DNA from: Spirochaetia bacterium
GTDB lineage: Bacteria > Spirochaetota > Spirochaetia > PWKH01
Direction: 5' to 3'
DNA: 42,999 nucleotides
Assembly (NCBI GenBank): GCA_007128345.1
Contig: SKXS01000071.1
Location: 1 to 42,999, forward strand
Shown: in pieces, positions 1 to 7,866 of the stretch
Numbering within the stretch: the stretch's first letter is position 1
Layout: the number at the start of each line of letters is the position of its first letter
The notes under the pieces: generated by a model
What the model was told of the DNA's origin: nothing
The model's database searches: none
The model's input: only the letters and a program-made list of their open reading frames with translations
Translations under genes and position numbers: made by a program

Positions 1-14
1 CAGTGCGATTTGTT

Positions 15-44
15 ATAATAGGGGTGAAAATACTCTGTTGTCAA
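15..44 (-). promoter_or_regulatory. Candidate sigma70-type promoter firing leftwards out of the window (TTGACA-N18-TATTAT)
   Basis: The minus strand reads ccTTGACAacagagtattttcaccccTATTATaac: perfect -35, 5/6 -10, 18-nt spacer. The same AT-rich patch also reads TGtTATAAT (extended -10) on the plus strand at 11-19, so direction is ambiguous. Any target gene is off-window. Confidence 0.25.
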
Positions 45-114
45 GGTTTTTCACTGATTTTCAACAAAAAAGACCTTCATTTTACTATGCAATAATTTCT
101 TTTAATACAGCACA

Positions 115-769
115 TTATCCATCATAGACTGGGGTGCGCAATATAGCATAGTGATGCATCATATACTTGAAGAAGTTTTTCTGGGACCACCGGCTAAATA
201 ATCGTCCGGCATCCTCACCTGCCAACCCCTCATACACCGTACTGATCAGACTCGTCTGATGAGCACTCGAGGTAAGCTTCCGGACCTCCCGTACCCACAT
301 GCTTTCCTGATCCAATCCAACTGCCTTGTTCTGCCAGCTTCATCCATACGCGCTCTCCTCCCGGCAGAGCTACCTCCACTTCCTCAAACCATGCCTCCGG
401 CCAGGGTTCCTGGGGAAACTTCCGGTAAGTAATACAGCTGATTCTATGCTGAGTCCACATTTCCTGAAAAAAGGCAGGAGAATAGCCTTCCTGATCAAAA
501 ATTAACGTAAAGCGGCTTTTCCACCGATTGCTCTGTAAGCATGCATCAGTGGGCTGGTTCGGTACTTCCTTCAGCAGCCGGGGAACACTATACTGAGCTT
601 CGTTCATGGCTTGACTATTGGATCTCTCTTTCTGGCGAACCCAAGACAACAAAGATGTGGACTTTATTCTCGGTGATAATACAGCAATTGAGGTAAAACC
701 TACGTCAAACCCATCACAACGGCATCTGAAGAACCTCCTGGAGATCAAAACCGAAGGCAATGCAAGCAT
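115..769 (-). pseudogene. Frameshifted, 5'-truncated DDE-type transposase remnant (family not resolvable by eye)
   Basis: ORFs 230-769 and 115-315 overlap in different frames. A 1-nt shift near 296-315 joins ...LIFDQEGYSPAFFQEMW..ITYRKFP..VWMKLAEQGSWIGSGK to VREVRKLTSSAHQTSLISTVY...FSRWSQKNFFKYMMHHY. I recognise this as the C-terminal half of a transposase family with an RWSQENFFKY-type tail. There is no N-terminal half and no terminal inverted repeats. Confidence 0.5.
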
Positions 770-1046
770 CTGCTGCTAATATGCACCACACTCCTCGTAG
801 GCTTACGGGTGTGGAAATCCTGCTGCTGAAGCTCTTTCTTCGGCGCCTCTGGGAGGGGGGGATACTCCTGACAGAGCCGCAGCCGTATAGACGAGAGCAG
901 TTCCTCGCTTCAGGAATTGGCCTTGCGAATTCACGGGCAGTTTTATCCTATGCTAAAAACGTCTTATAACGATACACAGCCGTTCATATACATGGGCATC
1001 ATCGTGAGAACATGCATCATGTACTTCTGCATGCGGCTTTGGGATG

Positions 1047-1949
1047 CTATCCCAGGGCTACCATGACCAGGCCTGTAAGTATGAGGAGGGTGCCTGCCAG
1101 CTTGGGCGGGGTCATCCGTTCCCCCAGGAGCATCATGCCGAGAAATGTTCCTATGGGGAGACTGAGCTGTCTGAAGGCAACGACATAAGAGACGTTTCGT
1201 GCGAATCCCAATGCTATGAGCACCAGACAGTAGGCGCCGATGATCCCGATGCCGGCAATACATGCTGAGCGCAGTTTCAGGAGCTTTGCCTCCCGGACAA
1301 TGCCGGATGGTCCCTTCATGCACAAGCCCAGCATGATCAGGAATGCTGAAGTGGTCAGCGATTCAAGGGCTGAATAGATGACCGGTGCGTGGAGCGAGGC
1401 AACTGCCGGGTCAAGAGCTCCACGAAAATGAGCCAGGGCCGCATCATCTACCAAGGAGTATCCTACAGTCCCCGCAGCTGCCAGGAGCGCCCAGGCCATC
1501 CAGCGGTTTCCAGTCCGGGAGAATGACAAAGAGCGGAATGATTTTTGGGGTAAGAGCAGAATTCCCGCGGAGATGATGACCATGCCGGAAAGCGCCTGAG
1601 GATGTACTGCCTCTCCCGTGCCGAGAATCAGGGATACGGCAGGCACGATGAGCACCGGCAGAGCCCGGGCTGTAGGATAGGCGGCAGAGAGGTCCCCCGT
1701 CTCATAGGCTTTTCCCAGTCCTATGAGGTAGACTGCCTGAAAGAGACCTGCGGGGATGAGCATGCGTGCTGCAGCAGCGGGCATAAGCCTGAGGCTTCCG
1801 CTGAAGGCTGCCAGGAAGGGAATAAGCATCATCCCGCCCATGGCCGATGCCGCGGCAAAGAAGAGCAGGGCGCCCTGCCTGGACTTGCCCAGGTAGTTCC
1901 ACGATGCGTGAACCACCGCGGAGAGGGTCACCAGGAGTATTGCGGTCAT
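1047..1949 (-). CDS. EamA/DMT-superfamily transporter
   Basis: ~300 aa, about 10 hydrophobic helices, Gly/Ala/Leu-rich, EamA-like. The ATG at 1949 overlaps the upstream stop as ATGA; an alternative ATG lies at 1955. Confidence 0.8.
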   Translation of the reverse strand: MTAILLVTLSAVVHASWNYLGKSRQGALLFFAAASAMGGMMLIPFLAAFSGSLRLMPAAAARMLIPAGLFQAVYLIGLGKAYETGDLSAAYPTARALPVLIVPAVSLILGTGEAVHPQALSGMVIISAGILLLPQKSFRSLSFSRTGNRWMAWALLAAAGTVGYSLVDDAALAHFRGALDPAVASLHAPVIYSALESLTTSAFLIMLGLCMKGPSGIVREAKLLKLRSACIAGIGIIGAYCLVLIALGFARNVSYVVAFRQLSLPIGTFLGMMLLGERMTPPKLAGTLLILTGLVMVALG

Positions 1950-2842
1950 CGACATGGAACGCCCATCCTCAGATGCTCATCATATGCCTGCTTCCACAGG
2001 CGGTTGAACTTGAGCCCCTTCATGCGGGTGTCCTCGAGGAAAGCGACGAGGGGGAGGTCAGGGGGCATCTCCACCTCAAGAGTCACGGGTTTCTCCTGGG
2101 GGTAGGGTGACCGGGCTATGACGCGGGCCACATGATCCCATATGGTGCTCCATGTGAAGGGCGGGGCATGCTCATCCTCCATGCCGCGGTTGTCGCTTAT
2201 GTGGACCATGCACAGTCTCCTGGAGGCAAGGTCCTCGTCACGTACAGCCGCCTTCTCTCCCAGGATGATCGAGTGGGCAGGGTCCCAGCAGAATCCCAGG
2301 GAAGGGAAGGAATCAAAAAACTCCTCTATGGTGTCATATGAGGTGAGTGCATAGTCTTTTTCACCTGCCGCCTGGTACAGGTTCTCCAGTGCTATCATGA
2401 TCCCATACAGCTGAGCATGCTCCGCTATTTCATGCATGCTCTGGAGGCCGCGACGGCGCAGCAGCAGCAGGTCCTCTTCAGGGAAGCGCCTTACAGGAGG
2501 ATGGAGGGTGACCGTGCTGCCGCCGAGGAGGGAAGTGAACCGTATGCGGTTCTTCACCAGCGCAATCCCGGCGCGTCGCTCATACTCAACAGGGGAGTAC
2601 CAGCATTTCTCCTTTCCTGCGCTTCCATGGGTGTCGCTCAGCTTGATCCCTGAGGCGGCCATGAACTCCCCGGCAAACTCAATTTCGGCGTCATCGTAGA
2701 GAAAGTCTGTGTTCCACTGGTGTCCCCACATGATGCGGGTAAAACCGGCATCTCCTGCAGCAGCGAGGAATGTGAAAGGTGAACCGGTTCCGCCAGCTGC
2801 ATCGCTGTTAATGCACAGATGGTCATACCCGGCGGAAGTCAT
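1946..2842 (-). CDS. Sugar phosphate isomerase/epimerase, xylose-isomerase-like TIM barrel (paralogue 2)
   Basis: Motifs IALENL, GFCWDPAHS, VHISDN and TLEVE match the AP_endonuc_2 / Xyl-isomerase-like metal ligand pattern. The ATG at 2842 forms an ATGA overlap with the upstream stop; the ORF track start at 2854 is a GTG. Confidence 0.8.
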   Translation of the reverse strand: MTSAGYDHLCINSDAAGGTGSPFTFLAAAGDAGFTRIMWGHQWNTDFLYDDAEIEFAGEFMAASGIKLSDTHGSAGKEKCWYSPVEYERRAGIALVKNRIRFTSLLGGSTVTLHPPVRRFPEEDLLLLRRRGLQSMHEIAEHAQLYGIMIALENLYQAAGEKDYALTSYDTIEEFFDSFPSLGFCWDPAHSIILGEKAAVRDEDLASRRLCMVHISDNRGMEDEHAPPFTWSTIWDHVARVIARSPYPQEKPVTLEVEMPPDLPLVAFLEDTRMKGLKFNRLWKQAYDEHLRMGVPCR

Positions 2843-3711
2843 TGCGCGCAGCACCTCTCGAAGAGCTCAATGAACCTGAGCCCCTTTTCGTGGACTTCGC
2901 TGAGGAAAGTCCGGTGGTCATTGCCGTTGTTCTTCGCGTTGACTTCCAGGGTAAAGGGTTTGTCCCTGCGGTAGGGAGACGATGCAATCACTTCAGCAAT
3001 GCGCTCCCATATGCCGCTCCAGGTAAAAGGAGGGGAGTGCCGGTCATAGTCACCCTGGTTGTCCGTAAGGTGGACCATGCACAGCCGTTCCAGGGCAATC
3101 CGCTCAGCCCTCTTGAAGGACTCATCACCCAGGAGAATACAGTGGCCGGTATCCCAGCAGAATCCAAGGTACGAGGACTCAAAGCGCTCCAGGTAGTACT
3201 CAATGGTATCGTAGTTCTCAAGGACCGTATCGAACTCCTTGGTCCTGCTGTTTCGGAAGAGGTTTTCCAGGGCAATCCGGACCCCCCTGCTTAAGGCAAA
3301 GGACTCCAGTTCCATAAGGCTTCTAAGGCCCTGTTCTCGGCAGACCGGCAGGAGCTTCTCGTCATGAACGATGCAGGGATGGAGCACCAGGAATTCGCCG
3401 TCCAGGATGGAGGTCATCTCTATCCTGTTCTTCACCAGCTCAACGCCGGCTAGCCGTTCATACTCCACGGGTGAGTAGATGCTCTTCTCAACACCGATTG
3501 ATCCGTGGATGTCCTCAACAGCCATACCCAAGGTCTGCAGATGCGATGCGACGGCTTGAATTTCAGGTTCCGTGTAGATGAAGTCGGTATTCCAGTGATG
3601 CGCCCACATGACATGGGAAAATCCCGCACGCTTCGCGTCGGTAAGAGCGTTCAGGGGGTATCCTTCAGGTGTGCCGCAGTAGCTTGAATTAATGCATAAT
3701 GGTTGGGTCAT
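2839..3711 (-). CDS. Sugar phosphate isomerase/epimerase, xylose-isomerase-like TIM barrel (paralogue 1)
   Basis: 290 aa with IALENL, GFCWDTGHC, VHLTDN and TLEVN motifs. It aligns along its length with the downstream paralogue (LCINS, HxWNTDF, YSPVEYER, LVKNRI shared). Confidence 0.8.
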   Translation of the reverse strand: MTQPLCINSSYCGTPEGYPLNALTDAKRAGFSHVMWAHHWNTDFIYTEPEIQAVASHLQTLGMAVEDIHGSIGVEKSIYSPVEYERLAGVELVKNRIEMTSILDGEFLVLHPCIVHDEKLLPVCREQGLRSLMELESFALSRGVRIALENLFRNSRTKEFDTVLENYDTIEYYLERFESSYLGFCWDTGHCILLGDESFKRAERIALERLCMVHLTDNQGDYDRHSPPFTWSGIWERIAEVIASSPYRRDKPFTLEVNAKNNGNDHRTFLSEVHEKGLRFIELFERCCAQ

Positions 3712-3825
3712 GGTGTTCTCCCTGTCATATCTAGTGATTGCATGGACATTTTACATGGCTTTTCCTGCAGAGTACAGACCCTGCAGGTGGTGCTTACTTC
3801 CTTTTCCTCATGATTTCATGGTAGT

Positions 3826-4527
3826 ATGCAGGTCATGGAGATCATGCGCGATCGTATAGCTGAAGTACTGGAGATCATTGCACAGGCCGAGCGGGCCAGC
3901 GGCAGGCCGAGCGGTTCTGCAGCCCTCATGGCGGTAACTAAGAACCGGAGCATCCGGGAGATCCATGAGGCCGCATCATGCGGCATTACCCTCTTTGGGG
4001 AGAACCGGGTCCAGGAGCTTGCAGGCAAGGCATCAGATCTGCCTGAAGGCATCTCCATGCACATGATCGGCGCACTCCAGTCGAACAAAGCAGCCAAGGC
4101 GGTGGAGCTGAGCGACTGCATCCAGTCGGTGGACCGAGAGAAGATCCTGGTACGCATCGACCGCTGCGCATTGCAGACTGATAGGATCATGGATATCATG
4201 GTGGAGGTCAACACATCGGGTGAGCCTTCCAAGCATGGAGTGGAGACTGAAGATGATCTCATGCGCCTCATAGAGCGCTCCCTCTCTTGTCAGTCGGTGC
4301 GGCTTACGGGGCTTATGACCCTGGGACCCCTAAGCGGGGATGAGGCTGCAATCCGGGGTTCATTTGCCAAACTCAGGCAGCTCCGGGAGCGTGTGGAGGC
4401 ATCCTTTGGGGAACTGGGAGGCCTCATGCTTTCCATGGGCATGAGCGGCGACTTCGCGATTGCGGTGGAGGAGGGATCAGATCTGGTGCGGGTGGGAACC
4501 GCCATATTCGGGAGGGCCCATGGCTAA
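3826..4527 (+). CDS. yggS: YggS-family pyridoxal-phosphate homeostasis protein
   Basis: Motifs AVTKNR (PLP lysine), LFGENRVQE, HMIGALQSNK, LSMGMSGDF and VRVGTAIFG; 233 aa. In-frame ATGs at 3835 and 3844 are possible alternative starts. Confidence 0.85.
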   Translation: MQVMEIMRDRIAEVLEIIAQAERASGRPSGSAALMAVTKNRSIREIHEAASCGITLFGENRVQELAGKASDLPEGISMHMIGALQSNKAAKAVELSDCIQSVDREKILVRIDRCALQTDRIMDIMVEVNTSGEPSKHGVETEDDLMRLIERSLSCQSVRLTGLMTLGPLSGDEAAIRGSFAKLRQLRERVEASFGELGGLMLSMGMSGDFAIAVEEGSDLVRVGTAIFGRAHG

Positions 4528-4807
4528 ACGAATACTTACTCTTCTGTGCATCATGCTGCTCGCGTTTCCGGTATGTGCCTATGAGCCCTACCGGCAGGAC
4601 GAGTTTCCCCAGTGGTCTCACGACCTGAGGCGAGGCGAGATCATTTTCCTCGGGTCTCTTCCCATCACCTACGGAGTCTCCACCCTTGCCTACCGCCTGG
4701 TACTGGCTGACGGGGGGGAGAACCAGCGCATCAGGCTCGTGACTGCCCTGTCGCTCTCCCTGGGCATTGCCGCGGCGGATTTCATCCTGGGGAGAATCGG
4801 CAGGTGA
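4520..4807 (+). CDS. Small secreted/membrane protein, unknown function (95 aa)
   Basis: Signal-peptide-like MAKRILTLLCIMLLAFPVCA plus two further hydrophobic stretches. ATG 4520 overlaps the yggS stop by 8 nt, and its stop overlaps the next GTG start (GTGA). The ORF track start at 4460 lies inside yggS. Confidence 0.5.
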   Translation: MAKRILTLLCIMLLAFPVCAYEPYRQDEFPQWSHDLRRGEIIFLGSLPITYGVSTLAYRLVLADGGENQRIRLVTALSLSLGIAAADFILGRIGR

Positions 4808-5733
4808 ACCGGCATGCTGTCACTGTTGATCTTGACGGACCTCCTCTTCGCGTCGATGTGTACCTATGTGATACCCTCAGTCTCTTTCCCCGCAGCCAGC
4901 TGGCAAAGCGCAATGCGGTCATACGCATGAACGGGCGCGAGGTCAAACCTTCGAGGAAGGTGAAGTCAGGGGATGTGGTGGAAATTCTCTGGGATGAGCT
5001 TCCTGAACTCAGTATTGAACCGGAAGAGGTGCCCCTTCGGGTTATATACGAGGATGACGATGTGGTCGTCATTGACAAGGATGCGGGCATGGTGGTGCAT
5101 CCGGGGGCTGGGCAGCACCACGGGACGCTCCTCCATGGGCTGCTCTACCGCTGGAAGGAGGTCGGAGAATCCTTCGGTGATCACCTGCGGCCAGGGATTG
5201 TGCACCGCCTGGACAAGGAGACATCGGGGGTCATCATCACGGCCAAGCATCCAGGTGCGCATGAGTTTCTCTCCCGGCAGTTTCATGACCGGCTGACAAG
5301 AAAGATATATATAGCTGTTGTCCAGGGCGGGCCTCCGGAAGATCAGGGCGAGGTGGTCACTGCGATTGCCCGTGATGTGCATGACCGCAAGCGGTTCACC
5401 GTTCTGCCTGCAGGTTCATCCCGGGGCCGTTTTGCAAAGACCTGCTACCGGGTGCTGAGATACCAGGGGGGGACCACCCTCATGCGGCTGCGGCCGGTGA
5501 CTGGAAGGACCCACCAGCTGCGGGTCCACATGAAGCATCTGGGATGCCCGATTTCCGGGGATGAGCTCTACGGGAAGCGCGGTGCGTACGGACTGCTTCT
5601 GCACGCCTTCAAGCTGAAGATCGCCCTTCCCTGTGATGGCAGGGCGAGGACCTTCACCTCCCCGATGCCGCAGCGCTTCAAGGCTTTCCTCAGTGATGTA
5701 CCTGCTGGTAATATTCGAAAATATCCGGGTTGA
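4804..5733 (+). CDS. rluD: RluA-family 23S rRNA pseudouridine synthase, RluD-like
   Basis: S4-like N-terminus, catalytic motif HRLDKETSGVIITAK, and RTHQLRVH. GTG start. Confidence 0.85.
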   Translation: MNRHAVTVDLDGPPLRVDVYLCDTLSLFPRSQLAKRNAVIRMNGREVKPSRKVKSGDVVEILWDELPELSIEPEEVPLRVIYEDDDVVVIDKDAGMVVHPGAGQHHGTLLHGLLYRWKEVGESFGDHLRPGIVHRLDKETSGVIITAKHPGAHEFLSRQFHDRLTRKIYIAVVQGGPPEDQGEVVTAIARDVHDRKRFTVLPAGSSRGRFAKTCYRVLRYQGGTTLMRLRPVTGRTHQLRVHMKHLGCPISGDELYGKRGAYGLLLHAFKLKIALPCDGRARTFTSPMPQRFKAFLSDVPAGNIRKYPG

Positions 5734-6274
5734 AGAGCTTCTCCGCCTTGAGGGTTGTCGGCGGGCCGTGTCCGGGAAAGATGAGGTAGGTCTCATCCAG
5801 GGGCATGAGCCGTTCCATGATGGACCGCATGAGCAGCGACCGTGAGAGCTCATTGGTCGTGTTGCCGATGAACCCGCATGTGAGCACGTCACCGGTGAAA
5901 AGCGCCTTGCCGATCCTGTATACCAGCGAGTCCGATGAGTGCCCCGGCACATGGATCGCCTCGACGGCAATCCCGTTGAGGGTGACCACCTCCTTGTGGG
6001 ATATCACATGGACCGGATAGTCCAGAATCGCCATGCTGTTCGCGTAGATCTCCGCATCATAGATCTTCTTGATCACCTTTATGCCGCTTATATGCGCTTC
6101 ATGGCGGTGAGTGAGCAGGATATAGCGGATGTAGTAGCCGTTTTCCTCTATGATCTTCAGGAGCTCCACGTCCATGACGCCGGGGTCGATGACCATGGCG
6201 TCGCCCCCATCCTGGTTGCCCACGAGATAGGAGTTTGAGAATCCGACTACGGAGAAGTGAAAGAATATCTTCAT
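5690..6274 (-). CDS. MBL-fold metallo-hydrolase (glyoxalase-II-like size) with atypical first metal motif
   Basis: Motifs THRHEAH (expected HxHxDH), HVPGHS, TGDVL and PGHGP; 194 aa. The ATG lies 2 nt after the stop of the pentapeptide gene. Confidence 0.8.
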   Translation of the reverse strand: MKIFFHFSVVGFSNSYLVGNQDGGDAMVIDPGVMDVELLKIIEENGYYIRYILLTHRHEAHISGIKVIKKIYDAEIYANSMAILDYPVHVISHKEVVTLNGIAVEAIHVPGHSSDSLVYRIGKALFTGDVLTCGFIGNTTNELSRSLLMRSIMERLMPLDETYLIFPGHGPPTTLKAEKLFNPDIFEYYQQVHH

Positions 6275-6276
6275 GA

Positions 6277-6864
6277 TTAGGTCCGGGTAAAGACCGCCTC
6301 CTCATAGTTTGAGTACTTGAAGTTCACTTCAGACCGTTCACTTCCCACGAAGTAGCTCTTGGTGAGGTTGCAGTCCCTGAATGTTACCGAAGAGAGACTG
6401 GCATTGGTGAAGTTAGAGAAATAGAGGTCTGAGTCATCAAAAGAGCAGTCGACTGCGTTGATGCCGAGAAAATTGCAGTGCAGGATATCGCTTCCCGAAA
6501 AGTCGCAGGAGGTGAACTCGCTTCCGGCAAATACGCAGTACTTCAGGGTAATGTCGGTGAACCTGCATCGGATGAACTTGGAGAAGTCGAAGAAGCTCAG
6601 CTGCACAAAGGATTCGGAGAAATCGCAGTCTACATATACATTGCTTGCCATATTTGAGGCGTACATCCGGCTGCCGGACATATTATGGTCTCTGATGAGG
6701 GCATGGGTCATGCTGACGGACCCGACGATCTCATGGTGCTCCAGCGAACGGATCACCGCATCGCGCAGTTCATCAGGGCTCTGTGCGTGCTTGAGGCAGT
6801 GGTCGCTTCCTGTGACGGCAATACGTGTGCATCCCGTGGTTGTGCATCCCTTGAATGAAAACAT
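6277..6864 (-). CDS. Pentapeptide-repeat protein with Cys/His-rich N-terminal head
   Basis: About 20 consecutive pentapeptide units: CDFSE SFVQL SFFDF SKFIR CRFTD ITLKY CVFAG SEFTS CDFSG SDILH CNFLG INAVD CSFDD SDLYF SNFTN .... The N-terminus GCTTTGCTRIAVTGSDHCLKH fits C-x4-C-x9-HC-x2-H. No obvious SD sequence. Confidence 0.8.
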   Translation of the reverse strand: MFSFKGCTTTGCTRIAVTGSDHCLKHAQSPDELRDAVIRSLEHHEIVGSVSMTHALIRDHNMSGSRMYASNMASNVYVDCDFSESFVQLSFFDFSKFIRCRFTDITLKYCVFAGSEFTSCDFSGSDILHCNFLGINAVDCSFDDSDLYFSNFTNASLSSVTFRDCNLTKSYFVGSERSEVNFKYSNYEEAVFTRT

Positions 6865-6945
6865 ATACCAAAGGTATCAGAAATGTCGATGTTGTCAATA
6901 TAAAAGATTCAGTATAGAGTAGTTCAGCAGAACTGAGGAGGCGTC

Positions 6946-7860
6946 ATGGCATCAGGTATGGTGACCAGGGGCATCAATAATATCTATACGGTTGAGACCG
7001 AAGACGGACGTGAATATCTCTGCAGGATCAAGGGCAAGAAGCTCCGGGGCGTGGAAGAGGACCGCACCCCCATCACGGTGGCCGACCGGGTAACCTTCGA
7101 TGATGCGGGCGGGCTTCAAGGCGTGATAACCGGCAGATCAGAGCGGACCAACCAGTTTACCCGGTACCATCTCAAGCGCCGGGAAGTGCAGACCCTCTTC
7201 TCCAATGTGGACGTTGTTGTGTGCGTCGTGAGCACAGACCAGCCGCCGTTAAAGCCGGGGTTCATCGACCGGGTGATCGTCTGCGCAGGGAGCATCCCCG
7301 TGGTGATCGCCTGCAACAAGGCTGATCTGGGTATCTCAAACGGGCAGATCGATGTGCTGACCTGTTACGATTCTCTGGGGTTCCAGGTCTTCCGTGTCTC
7401 GGCGGAAACCGGATCGGGGGTGGATGCCCTGCATCACTACATAACTGACAGGCGCAGTGCCTTCTTCGGGCAGTCGGGAGTGGGAAAGTCGTCCCTGGTG
7501 AACCGCATCATGCCCGGTGCTTCCCAGAAGACCATGGAGATCTGCAGGAAGTACAACAAGGGCAGGCATACCACAAACTTCTCCATCCTCCTGAAAAGCG
7601 GTGACGGACGCCTGGAGATTATTGATACCCCGGGAGTGCGGGAAATCGAGATCCCCCCGATGGATCCCCGGGATATCGCAGTGCACTATCCTGAGTTTGA
7701 GCGCTTTACCTCGCGCTGCAGGTTCTCTCCATGCCTGCATATCCACGAGCCTGACTGCTCGGTGCGCAAAGCGGCTGAAACAGGTATAGTGGATGCGGGG
7801 CGATACGAGCGGTACGTGCGGATGACAGAAGATCAGGTGATCCGGGAGCGGTCATGGTAG
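6946..7860 (+). CDS. rsgA: Ribosome small-subunit-dependent GTPase A
   Basis: Circularly permuted GTPase order (NKADL before GQSGVGKSSL) and C-terminal zinc motif CRFSPCLHIHEPDC. GAGGAGG RBS upstream. Confidence 0.9.
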   Translation: MASGMVTRGINNIYTVETEDGREYLCRIKGKKLRGVEEDRTPITVADRVTFDDAGGLQGVITGRSERTNQFTRYHLKRREVQTLFSNVDVVVCVVSTDQPPLKPGFIDRVIVCAGSIPVVIACNKADLGISNGQIDVLTCYDSLGFQVFRVSAETGSGVDALHHYITDRRSAFFGQSGVGKSSLVNRIMPGASQKTMEICRKYNKGRHTTNFSILLKSGDGRLEIIDTPGVREIEIPPMDPRDIAVHYPEFERFTSRCRFSPCLHIHEPDCSVRKAAETGIVDAGRYERYVRMTEDQVIRERSW

Positions 7861-7866
7861 GCGGCA

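Noticed and set aside
760-969. 69-aa plus-strand ORF between the transposase remnant and the EamA gene
   Set aside because: It has no RBS and no recognisable motif, and it lies in decayed DNA. It is probably chance or antisense to lost transposase sequence.
3764-3787. Inverted repeat CCTGCAG-N10-CTGCAGG in the TIM-barrel/yggS divergent spacer
   Set aside because: The stem is only 7 bp built on two PstI sites, which is within chance expectation for a 114-nt spacer. It is noted as a possible operator but not supportable.
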